From positions 4,192,001-4,256,000 of the forward strand of contig CBDIID010000003.1 in the NCBI GenBank assembly GCA_965279515.1: a stretch of 64,000 nt of DNA, written 5' to 3'. Both the position numbers and the translations under genes were made by a program. The stretch is from Turneriella sp. GTDB taxonomy: Bacteria > Spirochaetota > Leptospiria > Turneriellales > Turneriellaceae. A model generated the notes under the pieces. That model was not told the DNA's origin and did no database searches. It was given only the letters and a program-made list of their open reading frames with translations. Shown here piece after piece: positions 18,123 to 32,058 of this stretch (positions are counted from its first letter, which is position 1; each line of letters opens with the position of its first letter).

Positions 18123-20810
18123 TTGTTTCCCAAGTTTTTTAAAATCCTGATTTCCGGCATCCGCGCCAAGCTCGCGCTCTTTACAGGTAGCCTCATTACC
18201 CTGACGATCCTGATTCTCAGCTGGACCACGGTCAACCAGCAGACGCAGATTCTTACCGAGAGTTACGAGAAGCAGGCGGCGATTTCGAAAAAATATATTT
18301 CACTTTTGGTTGTCGAACTCAATAACATCGCGCGTAACCTGATCCAGATTGAGGAGTTCCGCCGCCAGATCAGCGAGCAACAGGCGGCGCTGCAGGTTTA
18401 CCGGACGACAAAAACCGTTGAAGAAGAAAAGAAGATCAACCTCGGGCTATTTAAGACCAACCTTTTCGGTGCAATGGGCAAGAAAAAGGTCAGTTTCATT
18501 GTCGATACCTATTATTCGCGGTATCTGAATATCAATGATCTCCAGCAATTGGAGATGCGCGTGCGCCAGCAGATCGGCAACGACATTGGCAAACCCCTGT
18601 CGCAATTCGACTGGCTGACGCTGCAAGGCCTCGCGCGCAAGCTTGTCGGGGTCGAAGACAACAAGATTCTTATCAAAGAGAAAACCAAGCTCGATGCCAA
18701 GATCGCGGCCTTGCTTATTCCCTCGCGGAAAAAAATTATCGAAGATACGGGACTCGAACAAAAACTCTTCCGCATCCAGACATTTCCGGCAACCGATCTT
18801 GCGGCTGCGGAAAAACTCGAGTCTTCATTCGACACCAATCTTCTCAGTAAAGAAAGCCCGCTGTCGGTTATGACAGACAACCAGGTTCTCGAACAGAGTC
18901 TGAGGAAAATTTTTCCGATTATGACGCAGGCGCCGCAGAGCGATATGACACCGCATGCCACAGCCGTGCAGGATCATGGTCTCGAGGTTCAGGCACTCTA
19001 TTCGCCGCTGTTTCAACGCCCCAATTCGACCGAATGGGCGCATGCAGTGATCGAACAGAAAGCCGAACTCGCCGCGCACAAGGCTTTTCATGCCAAAGAC
19101 ACGGAAATTGCCGGCCAGATCGCCACGCTTTATCCTAAAATCAAGGCGCGGCTAAAAATTCTGCGCGAACGCAAACCGCCGACCCCGCCTTATTACGATA
19201 AAGATTTCGTCGCGCATTATAAGACCTACACTAAACTCATCGCTGAGCGCGAAAAGGCGCTCGACTTTCTGCCGGGAAAAAACCCAAAACATAACCCGCC
19301 GGACATGGCGCACGAGGCGCTCCGTTCGCTGCGCGAGGCGGCTTGGGAAGATTCGATCATGCTGCGTTACCGCAGTGACGAAACCGAAATCGATAAATAC
19401 ATGACCGATAGCAAGGAACGGGAACTGGTGCGGCAGAGATGGCAGCTCTTGCGCAAATGGGTGAGCGACGCCAATTCCGAGACTGCGCCGCTGGGCCTCA
19501 AACTGCTGTACAACGATGGACAAATCGCCAAATCGCGCAGCGAAGCCGAAGAGGTCCTGTGGGAGCTCGATTCCAAACCGCTCTTTAAGGGCGATGTGCC
19601 ATCTTTCGCTGTGTTGATCCTGCAGGATAATCTCACGGGGATCATGCGCACGCTCGTCGATCGTACCGACGGCGTTAAGCTCGTTAAAGCCAACCGGAAC
19701 AAGGTTCTCATCTCGGCGATTCTCATCGGCCTCGTTTCGATTTTGTTTGCGGTTTATATTTCCGGGATCGTCGTGCAGAAAATCAAGAGGATTATCAACA
19801 GTGCCGAGGCCGTGGGTAACGGCGATCTTTCCGTCGTCTTTGAACACGGCGGCGCAGACGAGTTTGGTCATCTGACGGTTGCACTGAACCAGATGGTGGG
19901 CGGGCTCAACGAGCGCGAAAAGATCAAGGGTATCCTGGGTTCGATGATCGACCCCGTGGTTGTCACCGAAGCGATGAAGGATTTGCAGGCATTAAAAAGA
20001 GGGAGTGAGAAAAATATCACCGCGTTCTTTTCCGATATCGCGTCTTTCTCCGCGATCTCCGAAAAACTTTCCTCGCCCGAGCTCGCTTCACTGCTCAACG
20101 AGTACTTATCTGCCATGACGCTCATTCTGAAAGAATATGAGGGCGTACTCGACAAGTATATCGGCGATGCCATTGTCGGCATTTTTAATTCGCCCGTCGA
20201 TGTCGAAGACCATGCCTATAAAGCGGCGATGGCTTCGATCAAAATGCAGGCCAAACTTGTCGACCTGAAGAAGAACTGGGTTGAAGAAAAAAAATATATC
20301 GCCGAAGCGCAGACGATGAAGTTCCGCATTGGCCTGAATACCGGCCTTGCCAAAGTGGGTTTCATGGGCACGGATGCGCTGGCCTCATACACGATGATGG
20401 GCGATACCGTCAATCTCGCGGCCCGTCTCGAAGCGGCCGGCAAAGATTATGGTGTTTCCATTTTAGCCAGCGATTCCGTATACGATCAGATCAAAGACCG
20501 CATCTTCACGCGTCGCCTCGACGTTGTACGCGTGAAAGGCAAGCACATGCCGGTCACGCTCTACCAGATCATCTGTCCCAAAGGCAAAGAGAATAACCGC
20601 CATGCCGAGTTTGTCGGCCGCTATGAGCAGGGCCTTGCCGCCTATATGCAGAAATCCTGGGATAGCGCGATCGGCTTCTTTAAGGAAGCCCAGCAGGCTC
20701 TCAATGGTGCCGATAAATCTTCACGCCTTCTCATCGAACGTTGCCTGACATACAAAGCCGACCCACCGCCCGCCGACTGGGACGGTGTTTTTACCCGCAC
20801 GACCAAGTAG
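18123..20810 (+). CDS. HAMP-domain adenylate/guanylate cyclase with a large extracytoplasmic domain
   Basis: Two TM segments, HAMP (DEFGHLTVALNQM), FFSDIASFS, DKYIGDAI, RIGLNTG, GDTVNLAARLE and a C-terminal PPADWDGV. Confidence 0.93.
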   Translation: MFPKFFKILISGIRAKLALFTGSLITLTILILSWTTVNQQTQILTESYEKQAAISKKYISLLVVELNNIARNLIQIEEFRRQISEQQAALQVYRTTKTVEEEKKINLGLFKTNLFGAMGKKKVSFIVDTYYSRYLNINDLQQLEMRVRQQIGNDIGKPLSQFDWLTLQGLARKLVGVEDNKILIKEKTKLDAKIAALLIPSRKKIIEDTGLEQKLFRIQTFPATDLAAAEKLESSFDTNLLSKESPLSVMTDNQVLEQSLRKIFPIMTQAPQSDMTPHATAVQDHGLEVQALYSPLFQRPNSTEWAHAVIEQKAELAAHKAFHAKDTEIAGQIATLYPKIKARLKILRERKPPTPPYYDKDFVAHYKTYTKLIAEREKALDFLPGKNPKHNPPDMAHEALRSLREAAWEDSIMLRYRSDETEIDKYMTDSKERELVRQRWQLLRKWVSDANSETAPLGLKLLYNDGQIAKSRSEAEEVLWELDSKPLFKGDVPSFAVLILQDNLTGIMRTLVDRTDGVKLVKANRNKVLISAILIGLVSILFAVYISGIVVQKIKRIINSAEAVGNGDLSVVFEHGGADEFGHLTVALNQMVGGLNEREKIKGILGSMIDPVVVTEAMKDLQALKRGSEKNITAFFSDIASFSAISEKLSSPELASLLNEYLSAMTLILKEYEGVLDKYIGDAIVGIFNSPVDVEDHAYKAAMASIKMQAKLVDLKKNWVEEKKYIAEAQTMKFRIGLNTGLAKVGFMGTDALASYTMMGDTVNLAARLEAAGKDYGVSILASDSVYDQIKDRIFTRRLDVVRVKGKHMPVTLYQIICPKGKENNRHAEFVGRYEQGLAAYMQKSWDSAIGFFKEAQQALNGADKSSRLLIERCLTYKADPPPADWDGVFTRTTK

Positions 20811-20874
20811 CTTTGCGCGGCCAAAACGCTTAATTTTTGACTGACACCCTATCGGGCCTGCGTCCGCATCTCCC

Positions 20875-21801
20875 ATGCGCAAGAAAATATTCTGGCTGAT
20901 AGCGATTCTGCTCCTGGGTATGTGGGGCCACCATGTCTGGTTGAGAATCGGCAAACCGTCGATGACCGACGAAGTGCGGGCGAAAAACGGCAAAAAGTTC
21001 GTGGCCTTGACATCGGGCACCGTTGCCTATGAATATTTCGAGGGTGAGGGCACTCCTGTCGTGCTGGTGAACGGTTTCTCCATGCCTTCGGTCGTCTGGG
21101 ATAATACCTTCAGTGCCCTAAAGCGCTCCGGAACGACCGTGCTGCGCTTTGATCTTTTCGGCCGGGGCTTTTCAGACCGCCCTGATAAAAAGTATAACGC
21201 CGACCTGTTTGTAGGCCAGGTCAAAGAGCTGACAGAGAAAATTCTTCCCGGGCAGAAATTTGTCATTTGTGGCCTTTCGATGGGTGGGGCAATTTCCGTC
21301 TATTTTACGGACAAATATCCTGAGAAAATTGAAAAGCTCATCCTGATCGCACCAGCCGGATTTCCCATGGAGACACCGGCGGTCGCGAGCCTCGTCAAGG
21401 TTCCGCTTTTAGGGGATTACCTCGGTCGTCTCTTTGCGCGGCGTTCGATGGAAAAAGGTATGGCTGATAATTTTACAACGCCCGTGCCGCCACAGATGGC
21501 GGCGCAGAGCCTTGCGCAGACAGAGTATGCCGGTTATGCCGATGCCATTGTGTCGACGCTGCGAAACATGAACATGACGAAAATGGCAGATGTTTACGCG
21601 CGCGTCGGCGCAAAAAAAATCCCTACGCTCTTAATTTGGGGCAAAAAGGATAAAGTCGTACCGTTTGCAAACGCCGCTTCAGTCAAAAAGGCAATCCCAC
21701 ATAGCGAATTTCTCGAACTCGAAAATGCCGGTCACATACCGACGGTCGACGAAGACAAAAAAACGCATGCGGCGATACGCGAATTCTTAAGCGGCGAATA
21801 A
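20875..21801 (+). CDS. Alpha/beta fold hydrolase, membrane anchored
   Basis: FDLFGRGFS, GLSMGG nucleophile elbow, IWGKKDKVVP and AGH. Confidence 0.92.
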   Translation: MRKKIFWLIAILLLGMWGHHVWLRIGKPSMTDEVRAKNGKKFVALTSGTVAYEYFEGEGTPVVLVNGFSMPSVVWDNTFSALKRSGTTVLRFDLFGRGFSDRPDKKYNADLFVGQVKELTEKILPGQKFVICGLSMGGAISVYFTDKYPEKIEKLILIAPAGFPMETPAVASLVKVPLLGDYLGRLFARRSMEKGMADNFTTPVPPQMAAQSLAQTEYAGYADAIVSTLRNMNMTKMADVYARVGAKKIPTLLIWGKKDKVVPFANAASVKKAIPHSEFLELENAGHIPTVDEDKKTHAAIREFLSGE

Positions 21802-22368
21802 GCTGCCCTGTACGGGTTTTCCGGGAAGGCTGAGAAAAGGAAATTCTTTTACGGTGCGCCACTTGCCGCGGTGCTCCATGAGGTGCGCCGAGGCGGCCTT
21901 AAATGTCGCAGAGAATTCACGCTGCGAAAATTCATTCCATGCGGCTTCAAAAGTCTGTGGATCGAGATCGCGGTAGGCGACCGTCACGTGCGGCGTGATT
22001 TGACGCGAACCGACGGCGGTATGCGGAAAAGTACGTTCGTTCTTGAGCTTCCAGAATAATAATTCGCGCAGTTTCTGAAACGGCCAGAAGTCTTTGATGG
22101 CCGCAAAAATCGTGTGCGCGGGAAACGCGCCAAAGTCGCTGAGCTCGACATCGAAGGGTGAGGTTGTGGCAAACACTTCGTCGAGCTGTTTCATGAGCCG
22201 CGGTAAATGTTTCTCTTCGTAAAGAAACGTGTCTTGCATGGTGATGTGTCCCATCGGTTTCAGGGCCGCGACGGACTGAAATTTCTGCGCGACCTCTGTC
22301 TTGAGCTGCAGGATCAGTTCTTCCAGGGAGTCTGGAAGCAAAATAGCGATAAAATACAGCTTCTTCAT
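21787..22368 (-). CDS. 2'-5' RNA ligase / 2H phosphoesterase family protein
   Basis: Two HxT motifs (GHITMQ, PHVTVAY); strong SD AAGGAGG upstream. Confidence 0.88.
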   Translation of the reverse strand: MKKLYFIAILLPDSLEELILQLKTEVAQKFQSVAALKPMGHITMQDTFLYEEKHLPRLMKQLDEVFATTSPFDVELSDFGAFPAHTIFAAIKDFWPFQKLRELLFWKLKNERTFPHTAVGSRQITPHVTVAYRDLDPQTFEAAWNEFSQREFSATFKAASAHLMEHRGKWRTVKEFPFLSLPGKPVQGSLFAA

Positions 22369-22609
22369 TTGTTTTCCTCCTTATCAACTAACAGACCCAT
22401 CTGGGTTCGAATTGTTCCAGCAGTAAAGGTAAAAAATTCTGGAACGTTAAAAAATGATTAACATCTGTGTCATTATTGCGTTGAGATTATTTCACATCAC
22501 AACAAAAAAACTGGCCCTGAAAAAGCTCACGTTTCTGCATGAGACAAAATGAGCGGATAATCATGTAGCCAAATCGTTGCCGCACTGTTTCGGGGGCAAA
22601 CTATGGCCG

Positions 22610-23365
22610 ATGAAGTATGGTTTGGAAGATCTGAAGGACGCCGTTGTCATCGTAACGGGTTCAGGTCGCGGTATTGGACGCGGTATCGCTGAGACATTTG
22701 CGGCGCAGGGCTCGAAGCTCGTCATCACCGATATCGATGCCGCTACAGCTGAACAAACCGCACAAGAAGTCGCCAAAATGGGTGTCGAGACCATTTCAAT
22801 GGCCTGCGACGTTTCGAAATATGATCAGGCAGAAGCCCTGGCGAATAAAGCCGTCGAAAAATGGGGAAAAATCGACGTTTTAGTTAACAATGCCGGCATC
22901 ACGATGGATGGCCTGTTCCTGAGAATGAAGCCCGACCAGTGGCAAAAGGTCATCGATATCAACCTTACGGGAACCTATAACTGTGCTCATGCGGTCGTCA
23001 ATCATATGCGCAAGGCACGTAAAGGCGCCATCATCAATATCAGCTCTATCGCCGCCGGCGGAAATCCCGGCCAGGCAAACTACAGCGCGTCCAAAGCAGG
23101 TGTGTTAGGTTTTACCTACGCGCTCGGCAAAGAGCTCGCGCCGATGGGCATCCGCGTGAACGCGGTCGCTCCCGGGTTCATCAAGACCCCCATGACCGAT
23201 AAAATCCCCGATAAAATCCGCGAGCAGATGATTGCCGCGATTCCCCTGAAACGACCCGGCGAACCCGATGACATTGCCAAAGTCATCCTGTTCCTCGCGT
23301 CTGATTTGTCCGGTTACGTGACCGCGCAGTGCGTGCACGTTAACGGCGGACTTTCCGGCCTATAA
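22610..23365 (+). CDS. fabG: 3-oxoacyl-[ACP] reductase
   Basis: TGSGRGIG, NNAGIT, GNPGQANYSASKAG and VAPGFI; adjacent to acpP. Confidence 0.92.
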   Translation: MKYGLEDLKDAVVIVTGSGRGIGRGIAETFAAQGSKLVITDIDAATAEQTAQEVAKMGVETISMACDVSKYDQAEALANKAVEKWGKIDVLVNNAGITMDGLFLRMKPDQWQKVIDINLTGTYNCAHAVVNHMRKARKGAIINISSIAAGGNPGQANYSASKAGVLGFTYALGKELAPMGIRVNAVAPGFIKTPMTDKIPDKIREQMIAAIPLKRPGEPDDIAKVILFLASDLSGYVTAQCVHVNGGLSGL

Positions 23366-23444
23366 TTTTGATAATATGAAAATTATGGCAAAAAAACTAA
23401 ACCTTCAACCCCGTTAACGCGGGCTTGAAAAAAAGGAGACCCAA

Positions 23445-23687
23445 ATGGCTTCAACAGAAGAAATCATGGGCAAAGTAAAAAAGATTATCGCTGAGCAACT
23501 CGGTGTTGACGAAGGCGAAATCAATAACGAGAGCCACTTCATCGACGACCTCGGTGCAGACTCACTCGACACAGTCGAGCTCGTAATGGCACTCGAAGAG
23601 GAATTCGGTATCGAAATTCCTGATGAAGACGCAGAAAAAATCCAAACTGTCGGCGACGTACAAAAGTACATCGAAGAACACAGCTGA
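23445..23687 (+). CDS. acpP: Acyl carrier protein
   Basis: [22 protein letters not shown]. Confidence 0.98.
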   Translation: MASTEEIMGKVKKIIAEQLGVDEGEINNESHFIDDLGADSLDTVELVMALEEEFGIEIPDEDAEKIQTVGDVQKYIEEHS

Positions 23688-23712
23688 GATTTTTCTTATC
23701 TGTTAATTCAGG

Positions 23713-23749
23713 GGCCTGGGCTTTTTCGAAAGCCTCAGGCCTTTTTTTT
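23713..23749 (+). terminator. Rho-independent terminator after acpP
   Basis: GGCCTGGGCTTT-TTCG-AAAGCCTCAGGCC followed by a run of eight T. Confidence 0.75.
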
Positions 23750-24400
23750 GCCGTAAATTTTCCGCTCTGTCCATTCCAGCCATAGTTTTTCGCGCTCTTC
23801 CTGCGGCATCTGCCAGTCCGATGTTTCTGCGCGCAGCCTTTCGGTCAGAAAATGCAGAATCATCGCACCCGTAACTGAAATATTATAACTTTCGGTAAAG
23901 CCGCGCATCGGCAACGCGATCGCCGCATCGGCGTTTTCTATGGCCCAGTCTGATAATCCCCAATGTTCACTGCCCAATGCGACAGCGTATTTTTTCGTGA
24001 TGTCGAGTTCTCGCAAAGAGTGGGATTTCCCCCGCGGGCTTGTCGCCAAAATTGTATAACCTGCGGCTCTCAGGCTTTCATAGGCCTTTTTTGTGCTTTC
24101 AGGTATCCCCTCAGGCCTGATGCGAAAATCCGTTTTTTCTGGAATCGGCTGCACACGGTAGCGGTGAATGCTGAGCCAGTGCGATGCATGCCCCGAGACT
24201 TTGGAATGCACGGTAAACTTATGCCGGTTTTCCGCGATATGGATGTCCTGTATGCCCAGGCCATCCGCCGTGCGCAACACGGCATTGCCGTTGAGTGGAT
24301 CAAAAATATCTTCCAGAAGTACAGTGATGCGGCGTGTGCGTTGGTTTAGCGCATTGAGAATGCGGTCACGGCGTTTCTCGGTGAGAAATTTTGCATCCAT
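23735..24400 (-). CDS. TrmH/SpoU family RNA methyltransferase (tRNA Gm18-type)
   Basis: DPLNGNAVLRTAD, LGSEHWGLS and PMRGFTESYNISV SPOUT motifs. Confidence 0.9.
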   Translation of the reverse strand: MDAKFLTEKRRDRILNALNQRTRRITVLLEDIFDPLNGNAVLRTADGLGIQDIHIAENRHKFTVHSKVSGHASHWLSIHRYRVQPIPEKTDFRIRPEGIPESTKKAYESLRAAGYTILATSPRGKSHSLRELDITKKYAVALGSEHWGLSDWAIENADAAIALPMRGFTESYNISVTGAMILHFLTERLRAETSDWQMPQEEREKLWLEWTERKIYGKKKA

Positions 24401-24527
24401 TGATTGCAAAAAATCTTCGCTGCATATGCTGCCCGTCAACCGCATTTGCGGCGGTAGTCATCGCAGTATGATGTGACATAATATATTCAGGGTGTTTTTT
24501 GCGTCCGGGTAGAAATCCCATTCGTGT

Positions 24528-24657
24528 TTGACAGGCCAGGCAGGGGGAGCCAGCTTTGTACACGGCCGGTCGGCCATCCCCCTTGCGGGAAAAAAAAGCG
24601 TAGTTTGGGGAATAAAATCCTCATAACGTTTGACGCTCTGTTGAGCATTCACATTGT
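24528..24657 (+). promoter_or_regulatory. Putative tandem rrn promoters
   Basis: TTGACA (24528)-N17-CAGCTT and TTGACG (24630)-N16-CATTGT, upstream of a boxA-like TGTTCTTTGACA at 24695. Confidence 0.45.
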
Positions 24658-24690
24658 GGCTTTCGCGAATCGCGTGTGGCGCAGTTCGTC

Positions 24691-24717
24691 GATCTGTTCT
24701 TTGACAGACGGATAATG
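24691..24717 (+). other. 5' arm of the 16S processing stem (contains a boxA-like sequence)
   Basis: GATCTGTTCTTTGACAGACGGATAATG is complementary to CATTATCCGTCTACTAAAGAACAGATC at 26566-26592. Confidence 0.85.
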
Positions 24718-24986
24718 AATAGAAAATTGTTATGAAGCTTGAAATTGCAGCAATGCAATGGCAAGGACTTCGTAAATTTCTTTAAGAACCTTGAGCAAAA
24801 GTCGTGCCGAACTTGATTCGGCACGCATAAAGTCCTGAGACTTTTCGTAAGAAAGGCCTAAGGCAAAGAATAACATGAACAGCAGCCAGGTTGAGGCGAA
24901 ACGAGAGTTTCGCCATTACAGGTTTGTTTAAAAGGGCTAATTATTAGCTCTTCGTTTAACTTTAGATCGCTATGCGATCTTAAACT

Positions 24987-26504
<1,518 letters not shown>

Positions 26505-26680
26505 AAAGGAAATCAGTTGATCCTGAAGTTTTTCCGCAAGGAAAAGCATTAGGACCTCAAGGTCACATTATCCGTCTACTAAAGAACAGATCAGGGCCTC
26601 GGTTAATTACCAAGGGCTTTGAAAAGAAGAGCTTGTAGCACCTAGTGCGGATAGCTTTCGTTGGGAGGAAATAGGCCGTA

Positions 26681-26811
26681 GCGCTTGTAGCACTTCCGCG
26701 AAATGCTGCGCATTTCGCTCCAGAGAGCGAAGACGCTCGCATCGGTTAGAGCACTCGCCTGATAAGCGAGGGGTCGCTAGCGACGAGAACTGCGACTAAG
26801 AGTTTCAGGCA
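26681..26811 (+). pseudogene. Interrupted duplicate of tRNA-Ile(GAT)
   Basis: 26681-26691 matches the first 11 nt of the intact tRNA; 26743-26780 matches 26832-26869 at 37/38; D-loop and T-loop regions replaced by unrelated hairpin sequence. Confidence 0.75.
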
Positions 26812-26816
26812 TATAA

Positions 26817-26889
26817 GCGCTTGTAGCTCAGCGGTTAGAGCACTCGCTTGATAAGCGAGGGGTCGCTAGTTCAATTCTAGCCAGGCGCA
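26817..26889 (+). tRNA. tRNA-Ile(GAT)
   Basis: Acceptor GCGCTTG/CAGGCGC, D arm GCTC/GAGC, anticodon arm CTCGC-TTGATAA-GCGAG, T arm GCTAG-TTCAATT-CTAGC; CCA not encoded. Confidence 0.95.
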
Positions 26890-26923
26890 CACCTCGATGG
26901 GTGGATGTACCTGTCGAACTTAC

Positions 26924-26996
26924 GGGGCTTTAGCTCAGCTGGGAGAGCGCCTGATTTGCATTCAGGAGGTCAGCGGTTCAATCCCGCTAAGCTCCA
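26924..26996 (+). tRNA. tRNA-Ala(TGC)
   Basis: Acceptor GGGGCTT/AAGCTCC with G3:U70, anticodon arm CCTGA-TTTGCAT-TCAGG, T arm AGCGG-TTCAATC-CCGCT. Confidence 0.97.
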
Positions 26997-27356
26997 AAAG
27001 GCTTTCCGAAGGAAAGTCGGGGAATTTCAGATAAAGATCTGAAATCCATTTGAAATAGGATTAAGGAGATAAGCAAGGCCAAACGGTCGTTGCGGTTGGT
27101 TCACCACCAGCATCTTCACAGAGGGAAACCTCTGGTAGAGTCATAGAGATGGCTCCACCAAGTTTGACAACGAATATGGGTAGAGGATTAATAAGATGCA
27201 CGCGAGTGTATTGAGTTGATCCAACACAATTTTGAAGAAGATTTAAAGAAAAGCGCATCGAATATGCAAGTCAGCATATTCTTTATGAGAAGAAGTCAAA
27301 GTGTCAAAGACGATATAAAGGAAACTCAATCAGGTAGATTGAGTGGAGCATAATAT

Positions 27357-30473
<3,117 letters not shown>

Positions 30474-30679
30474 TGCTCCAGAAACTTTCCGCAGGAAAGT
30501 TAGTGGGCTACCCAATAAGGCTGTTTGAGGCGAAAGCCTCAACGCTAACCCGAAGCAGGCGTAAGCCGCTTTAGCAGGCACTTGCAACGCAAGTGCCGAG
30601 GCTGAGGGTTAGCGAAGCCTTATGGGCAGCCCCAAAAGAAATTAAAACCATATTCGAAATCAAATATTCACAATCCAAA

Positions 30680-30795
<116 letters not shown>

Positions 30796-30813
30796 TTTGG
30801 ATTGTGAAGCACG

Positions 30814-30843
30814 AAAGGCTCCCTTGGGAGCCTTTTTTGTTTT
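30814..30843 (+). terminator. rrn operon Rho-independent terminator
   Basis: AAAGGCTCCC-TT-GGGAGCCTTT followed by a T-rich tract. Confidence 0.9.
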
Positions 30844-30847
30844 GGAA

Positions 30848-30864
30848 GTACGCAATAGAGCAAG
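30848..30864 (+). repeat. 17 bp exact direct repeat of the 5S rRNA 5' end
   Basis: GTACGCAATAGAGCAAG occurs at 30683-30699 and again at 30848-30864. Confidence 0.85.
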
Positions 30865-30885
30865 TAACATGAAGGGCTCCGGGAT

Positions 30886-31302
30886 TTATCTGTTGCAATC
30901 CCTCATTTTCTCTTTTCCCGCGGCAATGAAAACATAGTCTCCGCTTACCATGCCCCTGACTACCGTGAACTCCAGCTTCCCGTCTTTCAGTTTCGTGCTC
31001 AGAGTGTTCACATATGGATCTTCCGGATCATTCCATTCGATAAATACCATGCTTCCGTTAATCCAATACTTTCCTTGTAAGGTTTCCCAGGCTCCGCTGC
31101 TTTGCTCAATGGAATGAAACCAAAGTTCCATTTTATTATTTTTCAGAAAACGGACTCCCCGTAGGCACGAATCCGCGGCAAGCCAGTTCGTTTCTTGCAG
31201 CACGACTTCCAGGCTCTGCTTTTGAGGGCCCTTAGGCGCGGCGCTTCCCGAGTGGAATTGCCAGGCAATAAGGAATGCCGATGCGAGTTTTATCGGCCTC
31301 AC
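30886..31302 (-). CDS. Hypothetical exported protein
   Basis: 138 aa with a signal-peptide-like start; GTGA overlap with the nth stop. Confidence 0.65.
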   Translation of the reverse strand: MRPIKLASAFLIAWQFHSGSAAPKGPQKQSLEVVLQETNWLAADSCLRGVRFLKNNKMELWFHSIEQSSGAWETLQGKYWINGSMVFIEWNDPEDPYVNTLSTKLKDGKLEFTVVRGMVSGDYVFIAAGKEKMRDCNR

Positions 31303-31976
31303 AGGGCGCCGGAAGGGCCGATTGCAAACTTACAATGCGGTCGCATGACGCAGTCGTCGCATTTCGGGTTTGTCGGGCGGCAGGTCTCGCGTCCCAGAAA
31401 CGAGATACACATACCGGCATGGTGCCAGAGCGGCTTTGAAATGGCCTGCATCAGGTCCTTCTCCATACGTGTGCCATCCTTCGCCTGAGAGATGCCGAGT
31501 CGGGGAATCACGCGCAATACGTGTAAATCCACAATAATGCCTTCGGCAGGTTCTTTCATTTCGCGGCGGATGACATTGGCTGACTTACGTCCGATGCCAT
31601 CCAATGCGGTCAGATCTTCCATTTTCAACGGGATTTTGCCGTCTGCCAGCTTCGTCGCGGTTTTATGAAGCCAGACGCACTTATTGGCAAAATTAACTAC
31701 CCCGCTTAGGTAGGGGTGCAAGGCCTCCGGGCTGGCTTTGGCAATGGCGGCAAAGTCGGGGAAGGCTGTAAAAAAAGGCGGGGCGACCTTGTTGATGTGT
31801 TTATCAGAATCCCGAGCCGATAACACGACCATAACGATTAATTGATAGAGATTTTTATAGAGGAGCGGATGCGGGGTATTCTGGTACTTCGCGATCAGGG
31901 GACCAAATTTTTCATCCCATGAGCCCGGAGGTTCATCCCCGAACAGGTTGTCCTGGCTTTTTTGCTGGCGCGGCAT
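31299..31976 (-). CDS. nth: Endonuclease III
   Basis: HhH motif LDGIGRKSAN, IVDLHV and the C-terminal [4Fe-4S] motif CRPTNPKCDDCVMRPHC. Confidence 0.95.
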   Translation of the reverse strand: MPRQQKSQDNLFGDEPPGSWDEKFGPLIAKYQNTPHPLLYKNLYQLIVMVVLSARDSDKHINKVAPPFFTAFPDFAAIAKASPEALHPYLSGVVNFANKCVWLHKTATKLADGKIPLKMEDLTALDGIGRKSANVIRREMKEPAEGIIVDLHVLRVIPRLGISQAKDGTRMEKDLMQAISKPLWHHAGMCISFLGRETCRPTNPKCDDCVMRPHCKFAIGPSGAL

Positions 31977-32058
31977 TTTGCATCGAATGAAAAGCGGGTT
32001 TTCGCCGCAATCAAAAATCTACTTTACTTTCGCCGCAGTTAGCCCACCTGCGTTGCCG

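Noticed and set aside
22395..22446. GGGTTCGAATT resembling a tRNA T-loop, plus a GTTCCAG/CTGGAAC inverted repeat
   Set aside because: No cloverleaf can be built; the GTTC spacing is N5 rather than N7; too short to support a call.
27061..27258. 65 aa minus-strand ORF in the spacer between tRNA-Ala and 23S
   Set aside because: Antisense to the rrn transcript, no recognisable motif, and the region is better explained by RNA hairpins.
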